A stretch of 63,980 nt of DNA, counting the filler, from Acidimicrobiia bacterium (lineage in GTDB: Bacteria; Actinomycetota; Acidimicrobiia; Spongiisociales; SHLN01), in assembly GCA_041619515.1 (NCBI GenBank). It is 3 parts of 3 records of this genome, joined end to end, with 100 filler letters (N's around TTAATTAATTAA, not from the genome) between each part and the next. Parts side by side here need not be neighbours in the genome. Positions count along the whole stretch, not along the records: positions 1 to 29,087 come from JBFKDW010000035.1; 2 more parts are not named here. The stretch is one strand, 5' to 3'. Both the position numbers and the translations under genes were made by a program. The notes under the pieces were generated by a model. The model had not been told where the DNA came from, did not search any database, and saw nothing but the letters and a program-made list of their open reading frames with translations. Each line of letters starts with the position of its first letter. Positions within the stretch are counted from its first letter, which is position 1. Positions 9,685-19,189 of this stretch are shown in pieces.

Positions 9685-12600
9685 CTAGCCGATCACCGAC
9701 CTGATCTGGTGGGTGGCAACGATGAGCGACTGGAGATCGCCCCCACCCTCGCGGGTGAGCAGCGAGAGGAACCTCTGCAACCGGTCGTGCTCGTCGGCCC
9801 GGGTCGTGCTGTAGTACTCCAAAAGAGCCTTGCCGTTCTGGATGTCGGCCGACGCGAGAACCCGTTCGGCGATATCGCGGCGCAACACCGCCAGATCGCC
9901 CTGCAGCGTGCGGATCGCCCACCGCTGCCAGCGATCGACGGCGGGCAGCTGTTCGGCGCGGCTCTCGAGCCAGTCGAGACGGTACGCCTCACCAACCAGG
10001 AAGAAGACGTCGGCGACGTCCGCCAGTGGCCGGGCGGCCAGGCCGGCGAGCTCGATGATGTCGGGGGCGTGAAACAGCTCGTCCTGATAGGCGTGGCGGC
10101 GGGCCAGATCCTCGGGAACGCCGGCCTCCATCAGGGCCGCCACCGCATCGTCGCGATCTGATCGCCACTCCCCCGTACCGACGTGGGCCATCACGCTGCT
10201 CAGCTCCTCGAACGCCGCCCGGGTGAGACCGGCCGCCGGAAGGCCGTGAGATTGGCGTAGGAACCACCGGGTCATCGCTTCGACCAGGCGATCCACCCCG
10301 TCCATGAGCTCGCCCCGCACCTGCGGGCCGATGGACGGGTCGAGCGCCTCGACCGCATCCCATCGCTCCTCAGCCCCGGTGAGCGTGAGGGCCGCCTCAT
10401 ACGCCCGCACGACCTCGGCGGGGGTGGCCCCGGTCTCGATGCCGAGCCGGTTCACGAAGGTGATGCCTTCGGAGTTGACCACCCGATTGGCAACCCGGGT
10501 GGCGATGATCTCGCGCCGCAGGGGGTGGTCGGCGGCGAGATGCCCGAAGCGCTTGACGATCGCTTCGGGGAAATACTCCATGAGGTCGTCTGCGAACTCG
10601 AACCCGTCCGGAACATCTGAATCCAGGAGGGCCAGTCGCAACCACCGCTTGGCATAGGCGAGCAGCACCGCCAGCTCAGGCCGTTCCAGTCCCGATCGCT
10701 CCCGAATCCGCTCAGATATCTCCTCGGAGGAGGGGAGGAACTCAATGGAGCGATCGAGCATGCCGTCTTCCTCGAGGACCTTCATGAGATCGGCGTAGGC
10801 CTCGAGGTTGCGTGCGGACCGTCCCACTTCCTGAGACAGGATCTGTGCCTGCAGATAATTGTCATAGACGACCCGATCGGTGATGTCCTCGGTGACCATG
10901 GCGATGAGCTCGGCTCGTTCGTCGGATGCCAGCTCGCCGCGCTCCTCGGCGAGACGCAGCAGTATCTTCAGATTGACCTCGCGATCGGAGCAGTCGACTC
11001 CCCCGGAGTTGTCGATGAAGTCTGTGTTGATGCGGCCACCCCGGGCGGCGTATTCGATGCGACCGCGCTGGGTGAACCCCAGGTTCCCCCCTTCGCCGAC
11101 GACCCAGCAGCGGAGATCCTCGCCGTTGACCCGCACTGCATCGTTCTGGCGGTCGTCGGCGTCGGCGTGGGTCTCCGAAGTTGCCTTCACATAGGTGCCG
11201 ATGCCGCCATTCCACAGCAGGTCGACCGGGGCAAGGAGAACGGACCGCACCAGCTCGGCGGGGGTCATCGCTTCTGCCTCGATCCCGAGTGCCGCTCTCA
11301 TCTCGCCTGTCACCTGGATGCGCTTCGCATCCCGGGCGAACACTCCACCGCCCGGTGACAGGAGGCTCTGGTCATAGTCCGCCCAGCTGGAGCCGGGCAG
11401 ATCGAACAGGCGTTTGCGCTCCTGGAAGCTGGAAGCAGCATCGGGAGTCGGGTCGACGAAGATGTGACGATGGTCGAACGCGGCCACCAGCTGGAGGTGC
11501 TCCGATTGGAGCATGCCGTTGCCGAAGACGTCGCCGGACATATCGCCGATGCCGACGACCGTCACCGGGGTGCGGGTGGCGTCGACCCCGAGATCATGGA
11601 AGTGGCGTTTGACCGATTCCCAGGCACCCCGGGCGGTGATGGCAAGGGCTTTGTGGTCGTATCCCGAGGAGCCACCGGAGGCGAACGCGTCTCCCAGCCA
11701 GAAGCCGTAGTCGGCCGCGATGGCGTTGGCGGTATCCGAGAAGCGGGCGGTCCCACGGTCGGCTGCCACCACCAGGTAGGGGTCGTCGCCATCGTGGGCT
11801 CGCACCTGCGGCGGGCGCGTGACCTGGCCTCCGACGAGATTGTCGGTGACGTCGAGCAGGCCACGGATGAAGGTGGAATACGCCTCCTCGACGGCATCTG
11901 CCATCGACCGGCCCGGCGGCGGGGGCCGGCGCACGACGAAGCCACCCTTGGCCCCACCGGGAACGATGATCGCATTCTTGGTGCGCTGCGCCTTCATGAG
12001 GCCGAGGATCTCGGTGCGGTAATCCTCCATTCGGGACGACCACCGGATTCCCCCTCGGGCCACCATCGTGCCGCGCAGATGGATGCCCTCGGTTTGGCCG
12101 GAGTAGACATAGATCTCGACCAGCGGATACGGCTCCGGCATGTCGGGCACGTCCGCCGACCGGATCTTGAGGCTGAGGCACCGGCGCTCGGGCCGGAATG
12201 CGTTCGTTCGCACCGTTGCCAGAATGAGCCCGAACATCGCGCGCAGGATCAGGTCGTGATCCAGCGACCGGACGGAGTCGAGATCGGCGCTGATCTCCCG
12301 CTCGAGAAGGTCTGTTTCCTCCCCGTCGCGCGCCGGATCAAACCGGGCTTCGAACAGCGCAATCAGCTTCTCTGCGATATGCGGATGCTCGAACAGCGCG
12401 TCGTTCATGTACTCGTTGGTGAAGCGGGGACGCACCCGCCGCCAGTACATCCGGTAGGCGCGCAGGATGCCGATCTGGCCGTGGGTGAGTCGCGAGGCGA
12501 TGATGAGCCGTCCGAGCGAGTCGAACTCGGCGCCGTTTTCGAGGACGTCGACCACCGCTTCGGCTACCCGGTCGGCGCAGGCATCGAGGTCGAGCAGGCC

Positions 12601-14448
12601 ACCGCCGGGACCGCGCACCCCGAAGTCGTGGATCAGGACGTCGTCGCTCTCGCCCGTGAGGCGGGTTGGGACCTCTTCGACCACTCGCAGGCCGATGGAC
12701 TCCAGGACGGGGAGGATGGCGGACAGCTCGCGCTTGCCTCCCCGCGAATACACTGCCAGCCGGGTCAGCGGCTCGGACGGGTGGGCATCGTTCTGAAGCC
12801 CGACGGCCACACTCGCCTCTCCTGCCATGAGACGATCGAGCATGAGGAGGTCGCCGGCGGCAATCTCCATGCGGGTGGAGGACTTGTAGTAGTCGGGCAT
12901 GCGGGCCGACCACCGCTCGACCAAGCCTTCGGCGTCGGCCCCGAACCGGTGGGCCACCACCTCTGTCAGCCGGTCATCCCAGGTGCGGGAGATCTCGATG
13001 ACGTCTTGCTGGAGCTCTTCGAATGGGACCTCGGGCACGAGGCCGCCGGTCACCCACAGGGTGAAATGGATCCGGGCCGGACCACCCTCACCGAGCGAGA
13101 GCTGGTAGTCGATGTTCGATCCTTCGAATCGGTCGAGGAACAGCTTCTGGAGGCGGCGCCGCAGTGCGGCCGAGAATCGGTCCCGCGGCATCACCACCAG
13201 GAGGGAAACGCTGCGTTCGAGGATGTCCCGGTGGACGAACAGGCGCACCTGCTCGCGTCGCGCCGACTCCTGCAATGCATGGATGCTGTGGCGCAGGTCA
13301 TCGACCGACATCGACCACAGCTCGTCCTTCGGGAAGCTGTTGAACAGCTGCACCGTCGCCTTGTGGTCATGCGACCCGACGATGAGATCGTCTTCCTGCA
13401 GCACCTGATTCAGCTTCCCATGCAGGATCGGAATCGAGGCCGCCTCGGACATATAGGCCCGGGATGTGAACAGCCCGATCAGGCGGGCCTCGCCGATGAC
13501 CGTCCCGTCCGGGCCGATGTGGCGCACCCCGATGTAGTCCATGCGTGCCGGGCGGTGAACCGTCGAGACCCGGTTGGTCTTGCTGACCACCACGAGGAAG
13601 CCTTCCGCATACCGCGCCCGGAGGTCGACGGGCAGCTGTGAGATGGGAACCGGCGAGGCGTACTTGGACTGGCTGGTGTCACGGAGAATCCCCAGCCCGC
13701 TTTCGGGTACCGTCACCAGCGAGAGCGTGCCGTCCTTGTCGAGGATCTTGTACTCGCGGTACCCGAGAAAGATGAAGTTGAGGTCGAGCAGCCAGTCGAG
13801 GAACTCCTCGGCTTCCCGCACGATCTGCTCCGGATACCGCCGGGCCCCGTCCCGGGCCAGCTCCTTCATGCGGCCGATGATCTGTTGCATCGGCTCGAAA
13901 TCCCTTACCGCAGCCTGAACATCACCGAGGACGCTTCGCAGCGTTGCCTCCAGGTCGGCCTTCTCCTCTTCGGTGAGGCGCCGATCGAGCTGGTAATGCT
14001 GGATGGCTTCACGGTGGTCGGCACCCCGGGCGGGGGTCACGTCGAGCAGCCGACCCTCAGGCGATCGGACGATCCCCATGACGGTGTGCACCTCGTCGGT
14101 GACCCCGCAGCCGAAACGCTCGATGGCAGCCGTCACCGAGTCGACGATGAAGGGGCTGTCGTCGTCGTCGACGTCGACGACGGTCCCCGCCACCTCGTAG
14201 CCGTGCTCGGCAGACGACGGATCGAACACGCGCACCGCCAGCTCGCCCGGCCGGCGAGCGGAGGCAAACCCGTAGAGACTCTCGATGAGGCCCCAGAGAG
14301 TCGAATCCGAAATCGAGGCCATGTACTCGTCCGAGAGCCGGCGCTGCAAACCCTGCGCGAACTCGGCGAGAGCGCCGTCCCCGCCGGGAGGCGGTTGGGC
14401 GGCGGAGGGCGCTTCGGTACCCGCCGGTGGCCGGTCGGACGTTGTCAC
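9685..14448 (-). CDS. gdhB: Large NAD-specific glutamate dehydrogenase
   Basis: 1587 aa; ARGGIRWS, GLMKAQRTKN, DPYLVVAADRGTA, GIGDMSGDVFGNG, DLLWNGGIGT, GEGGNLG, DNSGGVDCSD. Confidence 0.93.
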   Translation of the reverse strand: MTTSDRPPAGTEAPSAAQPPPGGDGALAEFAQGLQRRLSDEYMASISDSTLWGLIESLYGFASARRPGELAVRVFDPSSAEHGYEVAGTVVDVDDDDSPFIVDSVTAAIERFGCGVTDEVHTVMGIVRSPEGRLLDVTPARGADHREAIQHYQLDRRLTEEEKADLEATLRSVLGDVQAAVRDFEPMQQIIGRMKELARDGARRYPEQIVREAEEFLDWLLDLNFIFLGYREYKILDKDGTLSLVTVPESGLGILRDTSQSKYASPVPISQLPVDLRARYAEGFLVVVSKTNRVSTVHRPARMDYIGVRHIGPDGTVIGEARLIGLFTSRAYMSEAASIPILHGKLNQVLQEDDLIVGSHDHKATVQLFNSFPKDELWSMSVDDLRHSIHALQESARREQVRLFVHRDILERSVSLLVVMPRDRFSAALRRRLQKLFLDRFEGSNIDYQLSLGEGGPARIHFTLWVTGGLVPEVPFEELQQDVIEISRTWDDRLTEVVAHRFGADAEGLVERWSARMPDYYKSSTRMEIAAGDLLMLDRLMAGEASVAVGLQNDAHPSEPLTRLAVYSRGGKRELSAILPVLESIGLRVVEEVPTRLTGESDDVLIHDFGVRGPGGGLLDLDACADRVAEAVVDVLENGAEFDSLGRLIIASRLTHGQIGILRAYRMYWRRVRPRFTNEYMNDALFEHPHIAEKLIALFEARFDPARDGEETDLLEREISADLDSVRSLDHDLILRAMFGLILATVRTNAFRPERRCLSLKIRSADVPDMPEPYPLVEIYVYSGQTEGIHLRGTMVARGGIRWSSRMEDYRTEILGLMKAQRTKNAIIVPGGAKGGFVVRRPPPPGRSMADAVEEAYSTFIRGLLDVTDNLVGGQVTRPPQVRAHDGDDPYLVVAADRGTARFSDTANAIAADYGFWLGDAFASGGSSGYDHKALAITARGAWESVKRHFHDLGVDATRTPVTVVGIGDMSGDVFGNGMLQSEHLQLVAAFDHRHIFVDPTPDAASSFQERKRLFDLPGSSWADYDQSLLSPGGGVFARDAKRIQVTGEMRAALGIEAEAMTPAELVRSVLLAPVDLLWNGGIGTYVKATSETHADADDRQNDAVRVNGEDLRCWVVGEGGNLGFTQRGRIEYAARGGRINTDFIDNSGGVDCSDREVNLKILLRLAEERGELASDERAELIAMVTEDITDRVVYDNYLQAQILSQEVGRSARNLEAYADLMKVLEEDGMLDRSIEFLPSSEEISERIRERSGLERPELAVLLAYAKRWLRLALLDSDVPDGFEFADDLMEYFPEAIVKRFGHLAADHPLRREIIATRVANRVVNSEGITFVNRLGIETGATPAEVVRAYEAALTLTGAEERWDAVEALDPSIGPQVRGELMDGVDRLVEAMTRWFLRQSHGLPAAGLTRAAFEELSSVMAHVGTGEWRSDRDDAVAALMEAGVPEDLARRHAYQDELFHAPDIIELAGLAARPLADVADVFFLVGEAYRLDWLESRAEQLPAVDRWQRWAIRTLQGDLAVLRRDIAERVLASADIQNGKALLEYYSTTRADEHDRLQRFLSLLTREGGGDLQSLIVATHQIRSVIG

Positions 14449-14457
14449 AGGTCAACG

Positions 14458-15732
14458 TTACCGTCTCGGCCGATGCAGTGGCCCCTTCTCGCTGCCTCCC
14501 GCGTCGGCGAGGGCGGCGAACTCGCGACGGGCACCAGCCAAAACTCGCGCGGCGGTGAGGAGCAGGACAATTCCCAGCGCCGCCCAGGCGGGCCGGTAAT
14601 CGGATCCGGCGAGATCTACGACCAGCCCGAATAGAGGCGGAGCTGCCGCCAGGCCCAGCTGGTTGGCAGTCATCGCCAGAGCCAGTGTGAGGCCGACGGC
14701 CTGCCCGTCGGCGGCCTCGGCCACGTGGACGACCCACGGCCCGTACCAACCGAAGGCCCAAAAGCCCACCGCGGCGGCCAACAGGTAGAGAACGACGAGG
14801 GGAACGCCGGACGGAAGGACCGCGAGCAAGAATGCGCCGGCTGCGGTGGCCACGGCGGCAGTGACCACCGCCACCAGGCGGCCGGAACCGATGCGGTCGC
14901 TCCAGCGTGCCAGCACGACCCGGCCGGCTACCCCGGTCATCTGAGCAGTAAACAGCACCCACGCTCCACGGGTGAGCGGAATCTGCTGAACATCTCGCAG
15001 ATAGAGCATCAGGTATGACAGGAGCGCGAACTGGGCGCTCACCATCGCCAAGCCGGCCCACATCGCCGTGCGAATCCGGAACTCCGCCACGAGAGCTCTG
15101 AGCTGGCGGCCGAGTAGGTAGGCAGTCCCGGTCGCAAACGGCGCCGGACGATAGAGGGCGAAGAAGAGCAGCCCGCCGGCAGCGGAAGACCCGGCGGCGG
15201 CCAGCAGGGCGCTGCCGACGCCGAACCGACCCGCAATCCAGGGCAGGGTGGCAGCAGCCAGTGCGCCCCCCAGCGGCAGTCCGGTCTGGCGGATCCCCAT
15301 CGCCACCCCCCGCTCGCCGGCCGGGAACCAGGCCGCCACCACCTTGCTGCCACCGGGCTGGGCGGTGGCATAGCCCGTCCCCGCCAGCGTGAACACTGCC
15401 AGCAGCACCAGATAGTCGCTCACCAGCGAAGCCGCCGCCATGCCGGCGGCGAGGACGAGGGCGCCGCCGGTGACGATGATCCGCTCGGAATGGTGATCGA
15501 GGAACCGTCCAACCGGAATGAGCGCGAACAACGGGACGATGCCGATGGCGGTGATCAGCAAGCCCGTCTGAGCTCCGGTGAGATCGAACCGTTCTTGGAG
15601 GAACCCGGCCAGGACGCCGACTCCCAGGTACACGAAGGCGGTGCCCGCCTGGGCGGTTGTCGCCACCGCCAGGATCATCCAGCGGTACCGGTCCGGGGCC
15701 TCCGATGCCTGCGGAACCTGCCCGGCGGTCAC
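14458..15732 (-). CDS. MFS transporter
   Basis: About 12 TM, WFPAGERGVAMGIRQ; GTG start overlaps the livF stop (GTGA). Confidence 0.8.
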   Translation of the reverse strand: MTAGQVPQASEAPDRYRWMILAVATTAQAGTAFVYLGVGVLAGFLQERFDLTGAQTGLLITAIGIVPLFALIPVGRFLDHHSERIIVTGGALVLAAGMAAASLVSDYLVLLAVFTLAGTGYATAQPGGSKVVAAWFPAGERGVAMGIRQTGLPLGGALAAATLPWIAGRFGVGSALLAAAGSSAAGGLLFFALYRPAPFATGTAYLLGRQLRALVAEFRIRTAMWAGLAMVSAQFALLSYLMLYLRDVQQIPLTRGAWVLFTAQMTGVAGRVVLARWSDRIGSGRLVAVVTAAVATAAGAFLLAVLPSGVPLVVLYLLAAAVGFWAFGWYGPWVVHVAEAADGQAVGLTLALAMTANQLGLAAAPPLFGLVVDLAGSDYRPAWAALGIVLLLTAARVLAGARREFAALADAGGSEKGPLHRPRR

Positions 15733-16454
15733 CGCCCGCCCAGGAACGCCCGGCGCACGTCGGGATTGTCGATGAGCTCGCGACCGGTGCCCTCGTAGCT
15801 GTTCTTCCCCAGTTCGAGCACGTAGCCCCGATCGGAGGTCTCCAGTCCCTGGCGGGCGTTCTGTTCGATCATGAGGATCGTCAGCCCGATCTCCTGGTTG
15901 AGGCGGCGGATATGATCGAAGATCTGGCGGGTGATGGTAGGTGCCAGTCCCGCCGACGGCTCGTCCATCATGAGCAGCTTTGGTTCCAGGAGCAGGGCCC
16001 GGCCGATCTCCAGCATGCGTTGCTCGCCGCCGCTCATCGTGTGCACTCGCTGGGCGGTCCGCTCGGCCAGCCGGGGAAACAGCCCGAGGACCATGTCGAT
16101 CCGCTCCCGAATCCGGTCCCGGTCTTTCTCGACGAACATTCCCATTTCGAGGTTCTCGTACACGGTCATCTGCGGGAACACGCTGCGCAGTTGTGGGACG
16201 ATGGCGATCCCGCTGCGCAGGACATCCTGGGGCGTGTAGTTCGTGATGTCCCGGCCGTCGAAGACCACGCTGCCCTTGCGGACCTTGAGGAGGCCGTAGA
16301 CAGCCCGGAACACCGTCGACTTGCCGGCTCCGTTGGGACCGATAACACAAACGATCTCACCGGGGTGAACCTCGAGGTTGGTCCCGTGCAGAATGTCGAA
16401 GTCGAGATACCCGGCATACACGTCGCGCACATCGAGGAGCGGGGCAGAAGTCAT
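15729..16454 (-). CDS. livF: Branched-chain amino acid-type ABC transporter ATP-binding protein (LivF-like)
   Basis: GPNGAGKST, MSGGEQRML, MDEPSAGLAP, EQNA. Confidence 0.88.
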   Translation of the reverse strand: MTSAPLLDVRDVYAGYLDFDILHGTNLEVHPGEIVCVIGPNGAGKSTVFRAVYGLLKVRKGSVVFDGRDITNYTPQDVLRSGIAIVPQLRSVFPQMTVYENLEMGMFVEKDRDRIRERIDMVLGLFPRLAERTAQRVHTMSGGEQRMLEIGRALLLEPKLLMMDEPSAGLAPTITRQIFDHIRRLNQEIGLTILMIEQNARQGLETSDRGYVLELGKNSYEGTGRELIDNPDVRRAFLGGR

Positions 16455-17203
16455 GCGCCGAAATACGCTTCTATCACGGCTTCGTCGGCCATGACTTCGG
16501 CCGGAGTTCCTTCCACCAGGAGCTCTCCGTAGTTGAGCACATACACGCGGCTGCACAGGTCGGAAATGAAACGCATGTCGTGCTCGACCAGCAGGAACGT
16601 CTTGCCGTGCTCCCGGTTGAGCACCCGGATTCGGTCCTTGATCGTCTCTACCAGGGTGGGGTTGACCCCCGAAGCTGCCTCATCGAGCAGAATCAGGTCC
16701 GGGTCGGGCATGAGGGCCATGCCGATCTCGAGCAGCCGGCGTTGCCCGCCCGAGAGGGTCCCGGCCGGCGAATCCACCAGGTGGCCGAGGGCAACGAACT
16801 CGATGAGCTCGCGTGCCTTCTCCTCCTGGGTTCGCCCGGCAGGACGCATCTGGGCGATCAGTGACTCCCCCCGCCATTGGCGGCTGACGAGCAGGTTCTC
16901 GAGCACCGTCAGCTTTCGATACACCCGGATCACCTGAAAGGTGCGAGCCATGCCGAGATGGGCCACCTGGTGTGGCTTCTTCTTCGTGATGTCCTTTCCC
17001 TTGAAGAACACCTCGCCGCCGTCGATGGGTTGCACACGGCTCAGGCAGTCGAACAGGGTGGTCTTGCCGCTGCCGTTCGGGCCGATGAGGCCCACCATCT
17101 CCCCCTGTTGCACGACGAAATCGACGTTGTTGACGGCAATCAGGCCACCGAAGCGCTTGGTGACGCTCCGTCCTTCCAAGAGAGCTTTGCCGTTCCCGGT
17201 CAC
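16451..17203 (-). CDS. livG: ABC transporter ATP-binding protein (LivG-like)
   Basis: FGGLIAVN, GPNGSGKTT, ARTFQ, LSGGQRR, VEHDM, VIEAYFG. Confidence 0.88.
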   Translation of the reverse strand: MTGNGKALLEGRSVTKRFGGLIAVNNVDFVVQQGEMVGLIGPNGSGKTTLFDCLSRVQPIDGGEVFFKGKDITKKKPHQVAHLGMARTFQVIRVYRKLTVLENLLVSRQWRGESLIAQMRPAGRTQEEKARELIEFVALGHLVDSPAGTLSGGQRRLLEIGMALMPDPDLILLDEAASGVNPTLVETIKDRIRVLNREHGKTFLLVEHDMRFISDLCSRVYVLNYGELLVEGTPAEVMADEAVIEAYFGA

Positions 17204-18213
17204 GTCGATTCCGCGTCGCCCTTCCCCAGCCATTTACCCCAGATCTCGCCGATCGAGGTGCCGGAACGGTCACCCAGTGTTCCCACGATGCCCCGCGGGA
17301 CGAACAGCACGATGAGGATGAGCAGCAATCCCTCGACGAGCAGGTGATAGTCGAGGAAGCTGGCCCAGACCACGTCACGCATCCAGTAGATCGTGGCCGC
17401 CCCGATCACCGGCCCAAGCACCGTCCCCAGGCCGCCCAGCATGGACATCATCACGAGCTCGATGGTGCGGCTCTCGATGAACACGATGTCGGGGTCGATG
17501 AAGGTGTTCTGGTAGGCCCACATCCCTCCGACGACGCCCGACAGGGCTCCTGCCAAGATGAACGCCGTCATCTTCTGCACGGTGGTGTTGATGCCGCGCA
17601 TTTCGGCTCCGACTTCGTCCTCGCGGATGGCGATGAGGCTCCCCCCGAACTCAGAGCGGCGGATCCACCACATGATGCCGACCACCGCGAGGGCGAATGC
17701 CAGCGTGTAGTAGTAGAAGGCGACCCGGTTGAGGTACGGAGGGAGGGTGAGGCCGACACCACCGCCGGTGACCCCTTTCCACACTCGTACGATCTCGCGC
17801 ACCGCCACGAAGGTGCCGAGCATGGCGATCGAGAAATACGGTCCTTTGAGACGGAGCGTCGGGTAGCCGACGATGACGGCGTAGATGCCGGCAAACACGG
17901 CCCCTGCCACCAGCGCCGGTGGGAACTCCCAACCGTTGTGCATGAGAATCCCGGTTCCGTACGCCCCGATGCCGAAGAACACGGCATGCCCGAAGTCGAC
18001 GTACCCGGTGAAGCCGCCGGTCAGATTCCAGTTGCTCGCCAGCGCAATCAGCATGAACATCTGGGTGAAGGAGAACAACCGGGAATTGGTGATCCAGCCC
18101 ACCTGGTCCTTCAACAGCGGCATGGCGAACAGGCTGGCGACGATGAGAGCGATGAGCCCGATCCGCCACCACGACATGGTCGAGCGGGCGGGCGAGAGGG
18201 TCTCGGTCGTCAT
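17200..18213 (-). CDS. livM: ABC transporter permease (LivM-like)
   Basis: WNLTGGFTGYVDFGHAVFFGIGAY, LRLKGPYF, AIREDE, GGLGTVLGP. Confidence 0.88.
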   Translation of the reverse strand: MTTETLSPARSTMSWWRIGLIALIVASLFAMPLLKDQVGWITNSRLFSFTQMFMLIALASNWNLTGGFTGYVDFGHAVFFGIGAYGTGILMHNGWEFPPALVAGAVFAGIYAVIVGYPTLRLKGPYFSIAMLGTFVAVREIVRVWKGVTGGGVGLTLPPYLNRVAFYYYTLAFALAVVGIMWWIRRSEFGGSLIAIREDEVGAEMRGINTTVQKMTAFILAGALSGVVGGMWAYQNTFIDPDIVFIESRTIELVMMSMLGGLGTVLGPVIGAATIYWMRDVVWASFLDYHLLVEGLLLILIVLFVPRGIVGTLGDRSGTSIGEIWGKWLGKGDAEST

Positions 18214-19106
18214 AGCGGTTGCGGCTCCTCCGCAGGCCGCAATCCGCCGAACAAGCCTTGCGGACGGGTGACGAGGATCACCCACAGCAGCGCGAACGAC
18301 GCCACGATGGCCAGGTTGGTGCCGATGCCCTCGACGTAGATGCCGATGAAGCTCTCGACCAGTCCCAGCGTGATCCCCCCCATGAGCGCACCGGGGATGC
18401 TGCCGAGCCCGGCCAGGGCTGTGATGGTGAAGGCGCGCAGTGTCAGGGGTGGGCCCATGAAGGGAAACACCGCCTGCGTCGAGCTGATGAGGGCTCCCGC
18501 TACCCCGGTGATGGCGATACAGATCCCGAAGGTGATGGCATAGATCTTCTTGACGTCGATACCGACGATCCTCGCTGCCTGCTTGTTCTGAGCCGCCGCT
18601 CTGATCGACTTCCCGAGCTTGGTGCGATGCAGGAAGAGCCACAGGGCAGCCATGATCACCAGGGCCACGACAAGGATCCCAGTCTTCGTGCGGGGAACGG
18701 TGACATCGCCGAAGGGGCGCCAGACGCCCGACAGAGCGGTGTCGGTCAGACGGGGAGTGGCCGAGTAGCGCAGCTTGACGGCGTTGGCCATCATGATCGA
18801 CAAGCCAAAGGTCACGAGCAGGGCGACGAGGTGGGGCCGATCGACGATGCGATTGATGAGCACGCGCTGCAGCACGTAGCCGAATACGAACATGATGGGA
18901 GCGACCAGCAGGATGGCCACAAAGGGATCCATCCCGAGGCCGTCGCTGAGCAGCCATGTGATGTAGGCCCCGACCATCACGAACTCACCGTGTGCCAGGT
19001 TGATGACTCCCATGACTCCCCAGATGACCGAGAAGCCGAGCATCATGGCGGCATAGAAGCCTCCGAGCATGACCCCGTTGATGACTGCCTGGATGAATTC
19101 CTCGAT
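18210..19106 (-). CDS. livH: ABC transporter permease (LivH-like); start probably ATC at 19106 (first ATG at 19070)
   Basis: GFSVIWGVMGVINLAHGE, TKLGKSIRA, GLGSIPGA; a typical EEFIQAVING N-terminus lies upstream of the first ATG. Confidence 0.85.
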   Translation of the reverse strand: MEEFIQAVINGVMLGGFYAAMMLGFSVIWGVMGVINLAHGEFVMVGAYITWLLSDGLGMDPFVAILLVAPIMFVFGYVLQRVLINRIVDRPHLVALLVTFGLSIMMANAVKLRYSATPRLTDTALSGVWRPFGDVTVPRTKTGILVVALVIMAALWLFLHRTKLGKSIRAAAQNKQAARIVGIDVKKIYAITFGICIAITGVAGALISSTQAVFPFMGPPLTLRAFTITALAGLGSIPGALMGGITLGLVESFIGIYVEGIGTNLAIVASFALLWVILVTRPQGLFGGLRPAEEPQPL

Positions 19107-19136
19107 CGCCCTGCCTCCCTTCAGGCGGGTGGTGGC

Positions 19137-19167
19137 GGGGAGTAGCCCGCAGGGCAGGCCACTCCCC
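19137..19167. terminator. GC-rich stem-loop between the substrate-binding gene and the permease genes
   Basis: GGGGAGTAGCCCGC-AGG-GCAGGCCACTCCCC imperfect inverted repeat; likely a stabilising or attenuating hairpin. Confidence 0.55.
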
Positions 19168-19189
19168 CCAACGTACGGCTACCTGTCGG

